A stretch of 64,000 bases of DNA from positions 39,933-103,932 of the IMG/VR virus record IMGVR_UViG_3300020732_000008; one strand, written 5' to 3'. The translations under genes and the position numbers were made by a program. The notes under the pieces were generated by a model. It made no database searches, was not told where the DNA came from, and was given only the letters and a program-made list of their open reading frames with translations. Positions 46,909 through 56,588 of the stretch are shown here, in pieces. The stretch's first letter is position 1; every line of letters starts with the position of its first letter. The DNA is from a virus.

Positions 46909-47437
46909 CGTAGCTGTAGAAGCCGAGAGTAAGGAAGAGGCCTTTAAAAAGGTACAGCGCTTCCTATTAGAAGAAAACAATGCACCTTGGTCTGATTGGC
47001 ATGTTGTAGGTGGTGGACGTTGGAGCAACTCCCATTATGAGGATAGCTCTGAAAACGTGCTAGGCTACAAGGACGCTGACTTTAAGAAGTCATTCCAAGA
47101 TAGTTTGACAAATCGTTTAAACGAGTTAGAAAGGATCATGAAGGATATACAACCTCAAAAGATTCTTATTAACGGTAAAAGCTATTTGTCAAAGATGAAG
47201 AAGATAGCTCAATCTCAAGCTCCTTGGGTACCAATGGATCCAAGCGCTAGCCCATTCGTATTTGATAGGCTAATGTGGAGACTAGAGCAAATGAGCAAGA
47301 TCCTCAACAATGAGTGGACATCTGACAGCTATTTCTATGATATAGAAACCTGGACAGCTGACGCATCATCATTCTTAGATCGAGTATCTAAGAACCCAGA
47401 TAAACAATGGTTAGTTCCTGTGGACTTTCACTGCTAA
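46892..47437 (+). CDS. Hypothetical phage protein
   Basis: DWHVVGGGRWS and WLVPVDFHC motifs of a recurrent phage family. Confidence 0.75.
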   Translation: MHCLHNVAVEAESKEEAFKKVQRFLLEENNAPWSDWHVVGGGRWSNSHYEDSSENVLGYKDADFKKSFQDSLTNRLNELERIMKDIQPQKILINGKSYLSKMKKIAQSQAPWVPMDPSASPFVFDRLMWRLEQMSKILNNEWTSDSYFYDIETWTADASSFLDRVSKNPDKQWLVPVDFHC

Positions 47438-47461
47438 CCAAAACCCCAATCGGAGGCAACA

Positions 47462-47728
47462 ATGGCAACAAAGCGTCAAGCGATTATCTGGAAGGTAGTT
47501 CTAACCAAGAACACCAATCCAGGTGGTGCATGGTTGGCACAAGCCACATCAAGCACTATCGAAGATGGACAAACAGGCGAATACTTTGAGGCATTCTCTA
47601 ATGCATCAGCTGCAAAGCGGTGGGTTAAAGCTCAAACAGGTCGCAAAACAATCTCGTGGGTCGAGTCAGGTGAAGATGCTAAAGGTAAGCCAACAGCATT
47701 TAACGCTGGCTATGAAGTAAAGGTTTAA
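47462..47728 (+). CDS. Hypothetical protein
   Basis: GGAGG SD. Confidence 0.7.
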   Translation: MATKRQAIIWKVVLTKNTNPGGAWLAQATSSTIEDGQTGEYFEAFSNASAAKRWVKAQTGRKTISWVESGEDAKGKPTAFNAGYEVKV

Positions 47729-48207
47729 TGCAGACCTTTATGCCCTATCCAGATTATGCACTTACTGCTGCAGCGCTTGATACTAAGCGACTTGGTAAAC
47801 AACGGGTAGAAGCATTCCAAATACTCCGGGTAAGGATGAACCTTACCCAGGGTTGGAGGAATCACCCTGCGGTGCTAATGTGGAAGGGATACGAAGGTTC
47901 TTTATGTAACTATGGAATAACTATGTGTGAAGAGTGGATTAGACGAGGTCATCAAGACCATCTTTTACCCCAATTCATTTATTATTCAGAATACTGGGCA
48001 CATGATAGGTTTAATCCACCATGGTGGTTAAACAACCCAACGTTTCATATGTCACATAGATCAAACCTTAAAAGAAAAGATCCTATACACTATAACTTCC
48101 AAGATGTCCCAGATGACTTGCCATACCAATGGCCAGTTATGGAAACAGAGACATTTAGGATTATAGAAAAGAAAGTAGCAAAAAGTGGAAACAAAATTAA
48201 AGTGTAA
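47728..48207 (+). CDS. MSMEG_6728-family pyrimidine-dimer glycosylase/DenV-like protein
   Basis: MQTFMPYPD, LDTKRLGKQRVEA, GWRNHPAVLMWKGY, HMSHRSNLKRKDP. Confidence 0.85.
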   Translation: MQTFMPYPDYALTAAALDTKRLGKQRVEAFQILRVRMNLTQGWRNHPAVLMWKGYEGSLCNYGITMCEEWIRRGHQDHLLPQFIYYSEYWAHDRFNPPWWLNNPTFHMSHRSNLKRKDPIHYNFQDVPDDLPYQWPVMETETFRIIEKKVAKSGNKIKV

Positions 48208-48289
48208 TATCTGTAAAGATCAAGGCTTCATCTATTACGGAAACTCAGAAGAGTTTGATGTAGAGAAGTGTGAATGCCAAAAGGACTAG
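48185..48289 (+). CDS. Small Zn-ribbon peptide (34 aa)
   Basis: Read manually; CNICKDQG...CEC. Confidence 0.5.
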   Translation: METKLKCNICKDQGFIYYGNSEEFDVEKCECQKD

Positions 48290-48297
48290 AACAGCAA

Positions 48298-48348
48298 TTA
48301 GCCCCCGTCTTAAACCCGTCTTCTCTCGGGTTTAATAGCGGGGGCTAA
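48298..48348. terminator. Long hairpin at the convergence of the two arms
   Basis: TTAGCCCCCG..TTAAACCCG / CGGGTTTAA...CGGGGGCTAA. Confidence 0.75.
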
Positions 48349-48386
48349 ATGTTTGTGTTGGGCGGGCGGTGTATTAGGACCTTAGG

Positions 48387-48521
48387 TTACTTGACATCCT
48401 CGTCATCTTCTTCGTCCCAAAGGTCATCAAAATCGTCCTCATCAAAATCGAAGTCATCATCATCAAAATCATCAAAGTCTTCGCTCTCGAAGCCGTCCTT
48501 ATCGAACTCTGCGTTTGCCAT
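48387..48521 (-). CDS. Hyper-acidic 44-aa peptide
   Basis: Read manually: MANAEFDKDGFESEDFDDFDDDDFDFDEDDFDDLWDEEDDEDVK; starts 8 nt after the nrdJ stop. Confidence 0.7.
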   Translation of the reverse strand: MANAEFDKDGFESEDFDDFDDDDFDFDEDDFDDLWDEEDDEDVK

Positions 48522-48529
48522 AACTACCC

Positions 48530-50554
48530 CTATCCTATCTTGATTTCACACACATCGGTTGTGCAATAAGCCTCACCGCTTCCCTCTATCGCATTGCCTT
48601 GATAGATAGGAGACAGATCGATGGTCTTAATCTTACCAATATATGCCTCGTACTCTGCACGAGAGATCTCAGTGTAGGGCTGTTGAGGGTAAACGTCATT
48701 GCCTTTAGGCAAGAAACTGACGGTCTTGAGTCGGCCCTCATACATATGAAGAACTGTCCCAATATCCTTGGCTTCCTTGTCCTTATCAAAGGAAAGAGTT
48801 ACAGAAACCGAATTATCAGCCCAATACTGCTGGGCTAGTGCTGCCAGGTTGGCCTTCTCAAAGATAGAGACTTCCTGCTCTGGGCGTACAGCCACAGATT
48901 TAACCGGGAAGTAGACAACGGCGGTATTCTCAGGATCAGTTACAGAATCCTCTACCTTGTACTTTGCTGCCTTAAACAACTTAAGCATAGGATCAGACTT
49001 AGCAAAGCGAATAGAGCGAAGAATGTACTCTCCACCGATAGGCCAGTGAACTCCAGGAGTCTCACCAGCTAGAATCGATACTGTGCCGGAAGGCTTAATT
49101 GAGGTGGTCTTAATAGACTCACGTACACATAGCCATTCTGAGTAAATGTGATCCCACTTCTGGACCTCGCTGTAACCGGCATCTAACCATTCACGTAACT
49201 TGGGTAGTCCTTTGGTATCAGCAAAGGCAGCCAACCCAGATACAGAACAACCAATACGACGATTACGCTGCATGATGGCGTTGGTTTGAGGCCAATGGGT
49301 AGGAATGAGGGTTACAGTCTTGGCATACAAATAGGCAAACTTAAGAGTACGAAGGTAATCCTTCAGGTCTGTGTGACGATTGATGTACGTTTCAACAAGG
49401 GTACAACATTCGTATGATTCTAGGGTCTGCTCTGCACAAGGGTTGTAGCCGGCAGCTCTATAGTCTTTGTTGTTGACCGGATCATTTAGACGTCCGTACT
49501 TACGAGATACATCTAGCCAGATAAAGCCAGGCTCACCATTTAGGGCAATAGCCTCTGTAAATGGAGAGTAATCCATACCTACAGTCGCTTCGATAGAGTT
49601 ATTAGACATCCATCCCCAACCAGAGTTCTCACCCGTTGGGTCGTAGGCATTGCGCTCTGGGAATACAGAGGAATTCTTTAAATTAAAGAAGTCTTTATCA
49701 TCTGGTTGTCCCATAGCCAGCTCAGCTGAACGACGGACGTTTCCAGAAACGACACATACGCCGATTAGGTTAGCTACGTCTACGATGTCCTTTGTAGTGA
49801 GCTTATCCCCGGCACGACCTGAGAAGATCTTACTAATATTCTTATGAAGCTTTTCTAGTGGTGCAGATCCCGCTGCTGTTCCTCCGAACGTTTTGATTGG
49901 AGTGCCCGCTGGACGGATCGCTTCGTAGCTAAATAGTGGTACTTCCGAATCTGGTCGGAGGTAAGCATTGATGAGGAGTTGGACGGATTCGACCCATCCT
50001 TCTCGGCTGTCTGGGATGCTGTGTTCATAAGATCCTTTTGGTTCATAGATAGTGAAATCCTTACTTGCTCCTTTAGTATCAAATCCCACACCTACTCCCA
50101 ACATTGAGGCTTCCATAAGGAAGACAAATGGAGAGGCTGGATCGATCCTGCTCATATCTGACGTGCTGACAAACGCACAGTTCTGCAACGCTGCAGAGTT
50201 CTTCTGTTCCATAACGAAAGGAGTACCCATCATCCAGAGACCACGTCCTGGTGGGGTCCACTTAAGGTTGAACATTCGGTCAAATGCTTCTTGGGCAGAT
50301 GACTGGGCTTGCTGACCGTTCCATGGGAGACGGTTGTCTTTACAGTGATCCTTCTCGATGGAATACATGCCCTCGATGACTCGTTTGCAAACGTCTGCCC
50401 AGGTCTCTTTATTCCCGTCTTCCTTAATACGGCTGTAGGTACGCATAAAAGTAATCTCACCCACCGAGTTGCCACCGGCATCCGTATAACCCCAAGGTAC
50501 TGGCTTGCCCTTATAAGAATTTAGAAAATCTTCATTTAGACGAAAAGAAAACAC
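48530..50554 (-). CDS. nrdJ: Class II (adenosylcobalamin-dependent) ribonucleotide reductase
   Basis: TPPGRGLW, LQNCAF, GNVRRSAE, NPCAE, TTSIKPSGT, C-terminal CTTDVC. Confidence 0.95.
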   Translation of the reverse strand: MFSFRLNEDFLNSYKGKPVPWGYTDAGGNSVGEITFMRTYSRIKEDGNKETWADVCKRVIEGMYSIEKDHCKDNRLPWNGQQAQSSAQEAFDRMFNLKWTPPGRGLWMMGTPFVMEQKNSAALQNCAFVSTSDMSRIDPASPFVFLMEASMLGVGVGFDTKGASKDFTIYEPKGSYEHSIPDSREGWVESVQLLINAYLRPDSEVPLFSYEAIRPAGTPIKTFGGTAAGSAPLEKLHKNISKIFSGRAGDKLTTKDIVDVANLIGVCVVSGNVRRSAELAMGQPDDKDFFNLKNSSVFPERNAYDPTGENSGWGWMSNNSIEATVGMDYSPFTEAIALNGEPGFIWLDVSRKYGRLNDPVNNKDYRAAGYNPCAEQTLESYECCTLVETYINRHTDLKDYLRTLKFAYLYAKTVTLIPTHWPQTNAIMQRNRRIGCSVSGLAAFADTKGLPKLREWLDAGYSEVQKWDHIYSEWLCVRESIKTTSIKPSGTVSILAGETPGVHWPIGGEYILRSIRFAKSDPMLKLFKAAKYKVEDSVTDPENTAVVYFPVKSVAVRPEQEVSIFEKANLAALAQQYWADNSVSVTLSFDKDKEAKDIGTVLHMYEGRLKTVSFLPKGNDVYPQQPYTEISRAEYEAYIGKIKTIDLSPIYQGNAIEGSGEAYCTTDVCEIKIG

Positions 50555-50603
50555 GTAGACCCCATTTCATGTATTTATTGACTGTTATCAGGTATAGCTA
50601 AGA

Positions 50604-52067
50604 TTAAAGATCTAATCCCTCTTGGATTATCTTAGTGGTTTGATCCTCATCAAGTCCACCGTTAGGAAGCTCCCTGAGGGTGTTAGCTTTATCACCAAAG
50701 AGGGCGGACATTACACCGCCGGAGGTTTGACGCTCTACTGTCATGCGTACGAACTCCTTATTCTCTTCAAGTTCCTTCATCTTAGCAACAACTTTAAAGA
50801 GTCTGTCAATCTCTTTTGATGTGTTAGGATCCGGATAACCACCGTTCAATTCTTCGGTAAAACGTGCAAAAGCCACTCTTTGGCCCTGCATTTCGATAAC
50901 TGCGTTCAATAAACCCTTAAGTTGGTCTTTAGTCTTGACCTCAATTGGGATATTAAATGAGCAGCTGTTATCAGGTTTAAATGCTGGGCAATTGCCCGAT
51001 ACAAAGCAGGTATTGCATTGACGCAAGGAGTTGGAATTGCTTCCAATGACGTTAACATCCTTTATAACATCGTTGCCAAAGTCATCTTTTTCAATAATCT
51101 TCTTGGAAGATACCGAGAAAACGGGCAGATTTACGACCTCATTTGAGTCACGTACGGTTAAATTATTCCGCACTTGAGTAGGCCTGTTATCAACTTCTCT
51201 ACCCTCTGTTTCCGAGTATCCCGGGTCATCTATACCACCACTGTTATCAGCTAACTTCAACTGTTCTCTCCTTGTTAGGTGTTCTTCCAGCTTCAGATAG
51301 GAATAGATGGCGAGCTTTGTTACCTCGTTGGCATCATCAGCCATTATCTTGTCAAAGTCTAATCCGGCCTGTTCAACGACGCCCTTATAACGTGGGCGGG
51401 CCTCATCCTTCATCTTTGCCTGATAACGCACAAGCTTGGTTCCATCCCAAACCACAGTTTCTCCACGCATCATCGGTGAGACCCAAGCAAGGCTGCTGGC
51501 GGTCTGTACAGGGACGTTACGGAGGTTGGAAGGGTTGGCACACGCAATGCCATGAAAAGTGGTCCCATGAGCGCTCTGAAGGCTTCTTACACGGGCAGCT
51601 AGAGTTACGTCCTGATCGATTGTGCGTCCCAAGATCCCCACGTGTGGGTACTTCTGGGCAAGCTTCATAAGCTCTGGGTAGCCCTTATGCCAGATAGGGA
51701 GAAAGCGGTCAACCCCGAACTCTTCCCAGAAGAGCTCTCGTTGTTTATCCACAAACTCAGGGTCAATGACATCCAATTCTGATGCCATAAAAATATTAGA
51801 TTCGTTTAATGCGACCCAGTCCTGGTAGTCAGCGGCGTAATCCTCTAGATCCAGGGCAGATAGCTTTGCTTCACGTGCCTGGGTTCCGCCCCCGTCCACG
51901 AATACACGGACGTCGTCAGGGTACTTCTCCTCTAAAAGGTAGTCCTTAGTTACCGGCAAGCCCCGCTTAGCTAGGCGCCAGTAATTTACACCAATATTCT
52001 TGACACCAGCTTCTATAAGAATATTCCTATGGCTGGGGACTTCTCCCCCAAGAAATACGATCTCCAA
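50604..52067 (-). CDS. Possible TGT/DpdA-like fold protein with C-terminal Cys cluster
   Basis: VFVDGGG, ELD, LPIWH and FHGIA resemble TGT-like barrel motifs; C-terminal CNTC-x5-C-x8-C. Confidence 0.45.
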   Translation of the reverse strand: MEIVFLGGEVPSHRNILIEAGVKNIGVNYWRLAKRGLPVTKDYLLEEKYPDDVRVFVDGGGTQAREAKLSALDLEDYAADYQDWVALNESNIFMASELDVIDPEFVDKQRELFWEEFGVDRFLPIWHKGYPELMKLAQKYPHVGILGRTIDQDVTLAARVRSLQSAHGTTFHGIACANPSNLRNVPVQTASSLAWVSPMMRGETVVWDGTKLVRYQAKMKDEARPRYKGVVEQAGLDFDKIMADDANEVTKLAIYSYLKLEEHLTRREQLKLADNSGGIDDPGYSETEGREVDNRPTQVRNNLTVRDSNEVVNLPVFSVSSKKIIEKDDFGNDVIKDVNVIGSNSNSLRQCNTCFVSGNCPAFKPDNSCSFNIPIEVKTKDQLKGLLNAVIEMQGQRVAFARFTEELNGGYPDPNTSKEIDRLFKVVAKMKELEENKEFVRMTVERQTSGGVMSALFGDKANTLRELPNGGLDEDQTTKIIQEGLDL

Positions 52068-52068
52068 G

Positions 52069-52530
52069 TTATTCCCACCTGTCTAATGGTCCGTCTAGTA
52101 TGATTTTTGCTACTAACTTCTTTTGTGCGTCAATCTCATTCTGGATTTCACTCCAAGGTTTAATTCCTCGCTTTGTTCTTACGAACTTTGGGGAGGTAAA
52201 CAGGAGGGCAGGTATGCCTATGGCAATCGCCGCCTTACAGCGGTCAACGTCTGGGTCTACAAGCCAATCTACACGTCCCTGGGCTTGAAGGAGCTTTAGA
52301 TGGCGTATCTTGAGGTCTTCACCCTCAAAAGCTGAATTATTACTGAGAATGTCCCCCCAGTTAGTAAGAAGATTATTACGAAGAAAGTTTTCAGCTTCTT
52401 CACGTGTTCCGTCAGTAGACAGCACAACACGGGTCGTTGCGGAGAAAGTGCGATAGAGCTTTAAGCCCTGTTGAATTGGATCACCATTCTCAGTTCTTAA
52501 AACCCCATCCATTGAGATGAGGACGGTCAT
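52069..52530 (-). CDS. HAD-like protein (first catalytic Asp missing)
   Basis: ISMDGVL motif I variant, LST, K, LVDPD. Confidence 0.6.
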   Translation of the reverse strand: MTVLISMDGVLRTENGDPIQQGLKLYRTFSATTRVVLSTDGTREEAENFLRNNLLTNWGDILSNNSAFEGEDLKIRHLKLLQAQGRVDWLVDPDVDRCKAAIAIGIPALLFTSPKFVRTKRGIKPWSEIQNEIDAQKKLVAKIILDGPLDRWE

Positions 52531-53438
52531 TATGCCTTCTTTGTTGCTGCTCTACGGATTAGTGTCTCAGTGTCAGGAAGGTTTACTCCGTATGTAGAGA
52601 GCTCTGCTTCCTTCTTCATTTCGTCTTTATATTCTTTTATTTCTTTAAGAGCATGCACAGCACCTGAGCGCTTACCTGCTTGCCAACGATAATTATTGAA
52701 ATCTGCGTATCCTGCGCCTACTTGACTAAAGGCTAGTTTGCGTCCCCCATGAATATCATCATAGAATGCAACAGCTTGGTCAACAACCAAGGCTAACTTA
52801 CGCTCGGCGTTAAGACGATAAGCATTGTTAGAAGCGCCGTGTAATTCTCGTAGTGCTTGGGAGTAACGATTCAGTAGCTCAACTGCCGTTTCGTAGTCCC
52901 TATCTACCTTTTGTTCCCACGCACGTGTATAAGGAATAGAGGGTGTGATGTCAGGTTCTACGACCCAACTGTCGGTGTCCAGGCTGTAAGCAGCATATGG
53001 ATTTAGGTCCCGAATATCAGATTGGGGATTGACATAGTAGGTTAATTCAAACCCATGCCAGCGCTTAGTCGCTGGCATGATGTCAGCGTTAAAGTCCTCA
53101 TTAAACATGTGGGCGATCTCTTCATTAGAAAGACCCATATATTCGGTGTTATATTTTCTAAAAGACATGTAATCAATACCAACTAGGCAGTCAAGATCAC
53201 CCGGATCACGTGAGGCCGACCATTGGTATGAGATGCCAGAGCCTGCTAACCACATCTTGGTCCAACGCTCTGGGCTTACGTATCTCTTTGCAAGATACGT
53301 CATAAGAATTCGCATAATGCCGTTACGTACGGCTGGACGTAGCTGATTACCCATAAATAAACGGGCATCCAAATGGGTTTCAGGCGTGCTGAAATAGGAC
53401 GTGTCGCTTGGTTCGATGCGTACCTCTGAGAATCCCAT
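52530..53438 (-). CDS. Pol-beta-superfamily nucleotidyltransferase
   Basis: LAGSG...DLDCLV...ELTYYV signature. Confidence 0.7.
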   Translation of the reverse strand: MGFSEVRIEPSDTSYFSTPETHLDARLFMGNQLRPAVRNGIMRILMTYLAKRYVSPERWTKMWLAGSGISYQWSASRDPGDLDCLVGIDYMSFRKYNTEYMGLSNEEIAHMFNEDFNADIMPATKRWHGFELTYYVNPQSDIRDLNPYAAYSLDTDSWVVEPDITPSIPYTRAWEQKVDRDYETAVELLNRYSQALRELHGASNNAYRLNAERKLALVVDQAVAFYDDIHGGRKLAFSQVGAGYADFNNYRWQAGKRSGAVHALKEIKEYKDEMKKEAELSTYGVNLPDTETLIRRAATKKA

Positions 53439-53488
53439 GTTCCTATTTTCCGTCTATTGAAGGTGTATGTCTGCGTAAATACAAAGTG

Positions 53489-53521
53489 AAAGGGGTAGAC
53501 CTTAAAAGATCTACCCCCTTT
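53489..53521. terminator. Hairpin terminator
   Basis: AAAGGGGTAGA / TCTACCCCTTT. Confidence 0.65.
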
Positions 53522-53539
53522 AGCTAACAATGCTCCAGA

Positions 53540-53866
53540 TTATGAAGTAGGTGAGTCAGTCGCACCGGATTCTGGAGGTGTAGCTACCGCATTCAACTTC
53601 ATTGCTGTGTATTCAGCGGCAGCCTGTGCAGCAAGATCAAATACGATCTCTTGTGCATAGCGGCGTACCTCAATTAGAGTTGCGTCACGGTTTGTTGAAA
53701 CGTTTGTAAGTGCAGCAGCGCTGCGCTCAATGTACATGTTTCCTTCAACGTCAACAAGAACTACAAAGCCGTAGTTAATCTGTGGACCTTCTGGCTTTGG
53801 CTGCTGATCATCGGTAGTTCCATCAGCATTAACGATTGTTGCATCGCTTACATTTTCTTCTGTCAT
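53540..53866 (-). CDS. Hypothetical protein
   Basis: AGGA SD. Confidence 0.7.
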   Translation of the reverse strand: MTEENVSDATIVNADGTTDDQQPKPEGPQINYGFVVLVDVEGNMYIERSAAALTNVSTNRDATLIEVRRYAQEIVFDLAAQAAAEYTAMKLNAVATPPESGATDSPTS

Positions 53867-53875
53867 TTTTTATTC

Positions 53876-54448
53876 CTATTCATATAGTCCGGACTGTTCT
53901 CGTGCCTTTGTTACCATGAACGTCTTTGCTGGGCAGAAGTCGCAGAGAAAGGTATAAGTCGTTGGTGTCAAAGACAACCCCAACTCTTTTCTATCAGCTG
54001 CAGTCTTTGGTATCAGCTTTTTATTAGCTGCTTTCCAATCTGGACAACGACCCTTAGGGCGTAGATGTTCAGAGAAACACTTCATGGCGTCATCATAAAA
54101 GATGGCCTTAGTTAGGTAGTAATCAGGGTCGATATCAGCGAGACCTCCACCAACACGAGTACGAAGATTCTTAATGATCTCTTTACGTACTTTCTCCTGC
54201 GACCATAGCTTTACACCAATGTCGGATAGGAAACCGTTGTGTGGAATACCGGCACTCTCATGCTTTTCAATCATGATTTGCAGTAGGTGATCATCATCGG
54301 GATGTCCCTTAAAATCAGGGAGCTCTTCGATTGTGTCACAGTTATAGCAATACAGTAGACGGATCTTAGGACCTTCGTCCTTAATCTGTACGTACTCTCC
54401 ACCCGCATCTGCAGGGGTGCCGCCTTGCCCTAGGATTGGAATACTCAT
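53876..54448 (-). CDS. Cys-motif hypothetical protein (probably leaderless)
   Basis: CYNC, CDFC; TAGGAT -10 box 6 nt upstream. Confidence 0.7.
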   Translation of the reverse strand: MSIPILGQGGTPADAGGEYVQIKDEGPKIRLLYCYNCDTIEELPDFKGHPDDDHLLQIMIEKHESAGIPHNGFLSDIGVKLWSQEKVRKEIIKNLRTRVGGGLADIDPDYYLTKAIFYDDAMKCFSEHLRPKGRCPDWKAANKKLIPKTAADRKELGLSLTPTTYTFLCDFCPAKTFMVTKAREQSGLYE

Positions 54449-54462
54449 AGGGATATCCTACC

Positions 54463-55551
54463 CTACTTTTTATCAGGCCTTGGCGGTGGGAGCATAGCTC
54501 CGGTCTCAAAGATGCTGCGACGATTAGGAGGGGCAGCGACGCCCAGCTCTCCGGTGGCACGGGTTTGTACCTGAGCAGGACCCACTGTGGGTAGATCTAC
54601 GACCGTAAACTCACGGCCATTAACAATTCTCTTTGTGCCCTTTGGCTTTTTAGGGGCTGCTGGAGCAGCAGCAGCTGCACCTTCAGTTACTGGGCTTTCT
54701 TCTTTCTTACGAGCAGCTGAAGCAGCTAAACGAGCAGCTGAGCCATAGTTACGCTCTACAGAGGTGTCCTTGTTACGTTCTGATACATCTGGACGTACGG
54801 TTACACGAGTTCCAAGTGGTTCTCTAGAGAACGGAGTATCTGAAAGATCATCTACGCCCTGTGTACGGACGTTTTGCGTAGCAGGTCCTGATCTACGAAC
54901 CTCATTCTTACGAATACTTGCCTGTGCTTTACGAGTGTTGGATCTAAACTTTTTTGTATCCAGGTTACCGCTTTCATCAAGAGAGCGAAGTAGAAGTTTA
55001 TGAGCCCTGGTTAGGCTTTCCCCGTTAGCTTGACGAGCCTTAGCATTGTCTACAAGCTTATTTACATTCTGCTCATGTTCTGCAAGATTCCCAGTATTTT
55101 CTGTGGGGATAACTCTTTGAGCAATTCTATTTACTTCTTTCTTACGTCCAGCAGTCTTTCCCTGAACTGTAAGGCGTCCAACGTTATCAGTTTGACCATT
55201 TTCAAGCTTGATAATCTCTGCATCACGTCGTCCTGCGATTGGTTCTGCAGCAAAACCGGGACGGGTCTCTGCTTCACTCTCGATCTTATAACCAGCATAA
55301 GACACAGGTGTTGTAACTGCGGTTTCACGTGACAGGCGGGCTTTATCTTCTAATGCTTTTACTGCGGCCGCATGGTGGGTAGCACACAGTGGTACACGTT
55401 TAATTTCAGACTCTTCTTGCTGACCACCGCCAACTTGTGCAATGTAATGAGTCGCTGGCTTTGAACAGTTGCCGGATTTACATGCTAAGCCCGTACCGAC
55501 ATGACCACTGCCGACAGGTTTTTGGGTCCATGGGGATTTTTTCTTACTCAT
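54463..55551 (-). CDS. Basic low-complexity protein with N-terminal Zn motif
   Basis: CKSGNC...CATH; rich in R/K/A. Confidence 0.65.
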   Translation of the reverse strand: MSKKKSPWTQKPVGSGHVGTGLACKSGNCSKPATHYIAQVGGGQQEESEIKRVPLCATHHAAAVKALEDKARLSRETAVTTPVSYAGYKIESEAETRPGFAAEPIAGRRDAEIIKLENGQTDNVGRLTVQGKTAGRKKEVNRIAQRVIPTENTGNLAEHEQNVNKLVDNAKARQANGESLTRAHKLLLRSLDESGNLDTKKFRSNTRKAQASIRKNEVRRSGPATQNVRTQGVDDLSDTPFSREPLGTRVTVRPDVSERNKDTSVERNYGSAARLAASAARKKEESPVTEGAAAAAPAAPKKPKGTKRIVNGREFTVVDLPTVGPAQVQTRATGELGVAAPPNRRSIFETGAMLPPPRPDKK

Positions 55552-55739
55552 GCTTTATACCCGTTGGTCCCTCTCATGCGGTTACGGCTATCTCCAATGA
55601 AAGGCACATCTGGAGGCAGCGAGGCTCTGAACTCAGACAATCTCTGAATCTCGTTCTTTGTTTTCTCAAAGCTAGCACGTTGTCTAGCTGCGTTCTCCGG
55701 TGATGGCCTACTTAACTTGCCACGACGTATCGGATCCAT
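55548..55739 (-). CDS. Hypothetical protein
   Basis: ORF in operon; ATGA coupling. Confidence 0.55.
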   Translation of the reverse strand: MDPIRRGKLSRPSPENAARQRASFEKTKNEIQRLSEFRASLPPDVPFIGDSRNRMRGTNGYKA

Positions 55740-55748
55740 GGTTCTACC

Positions 55749-56021
55749 TTATTCGGTAGCACCCATCTTGTCGTAGTAGTCATTGCGTCCACGAGAACGG
55801 AGAGGAGTTGCACCGGTTGACATAGGCTCAACCTTTACAGGAGCCTCTTTATCAATAAAGTCATAGTTCATGTAAGGATTAAGAGCTGCACGGTTAGCCT
55901 TAACAATCTCTTCACCCATACCAGGATCTACCTCAGTATTAGGACGTACCTTACGATACTTTCCATCTGTTGTTCCTTCAGCCAATGAAGCTGTTAGTGA
56001 ACGGGAGTTATTCTGTGTCAT
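55749..56021 (-). CDS. Hypothetical protein
   Basis: ORF in operon. Confidence 0.65.
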   Translation of the reverse strand: MTQNNSRSLTASLAEGTTDGKYRKVRPNTEVDPGMGEEIVKANRAALNPYMNYDFIDKEAPVKVEPMSTGATPLRSRGRNDYYDKMGATE

Positions 56022-56266
56022 TAGTTGTCCATACCTTTGTTCGAAGCTACATGTTTAATATCATTAACGGCAGCAACTTCTGCAGCCTTCTTATGTGGTG
56101 CTAAAGCTTCCATAGCTGATTTGTGCTCTTTGACTGACGCCTCTGTGGCACGGAAAGCTTTTCTAGATTGACGCTTAGAGCTACTTGGCTTTAACACTCT
56201 TTTTAACCTTTCCATCTGCAGTCTTCTTCTGTGGCTTACCTTCTTGGCGTACCTTTTGCTTAGCAC
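56021..56266 (-). CDS. Basic hypothetical protein (start uncertain)
   Basis: TAATG coupling to the next gene. Confidence 0.5.
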   Translation of the reverse strand: MLSKRYAKKVSHRRRLQMERLKRVLKPSSSKRQSRKAFRATEASVKEHKSAMEALAPHKKAAEVAAVNDIKHVASNKGMDN

Positions 56267-56363
56267 GCTCTACATCCTCTAGCTTTTTCTTTACTAGAGG
56301 CTGGATAGACATAGGAACGGGCTGCCCGGTTAGGGGATTAGCCATAAGTGCCTTTTTTGCCAT
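56181..56363 (-). CDS. Lys-rich hypothetical protein
   Basis: First ORF after a short intergenic gap. Confidence 0.55.
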   Translation of the reverse strand: MAKKALMANPLTGQPVPMSIQPLVKKKLEDVERAKQKVRQEGKPQKKTADGKVKKSVKAK

Positions 56364-56405
56364 AGGAATAGTGTCCCTTACTTAAACTAGATTGTCTTTA
56401 CAAAA

Positions 56406-56588
56406 TTAACGGCGCTTGCCGGACATCATGCTCTTAGCTGCCTTTGAGTAGCGGGTATTTCTGCAGTCTCCGCACTCGCTGGTATTTCCGGCCCACATAT
56501 GCTCTAGTGGAGTCATATGAGTACCACAACCAGGACAAGCAACTGATCCCTGATATATTGTCTCTGTTGAGATCTCTTCCATTACCAA
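56406..56588 (-). CDS. Small Zn-finger protein
   Basis: CPGC...CGDC. Confidence 0.65.
   Translation of the reverse strand: MVMEEISTETIYQGSVACPGCGTHMTPLEHMWAGNTSECGDCRNTRYSKAAKSMMSGKRR

Noticed and set aside
48349-48543. Ser/Lys-rich + strand ORF
   Set aside because: It is antisense to the acidic peptide and lies beyond the terminator of the + arm.
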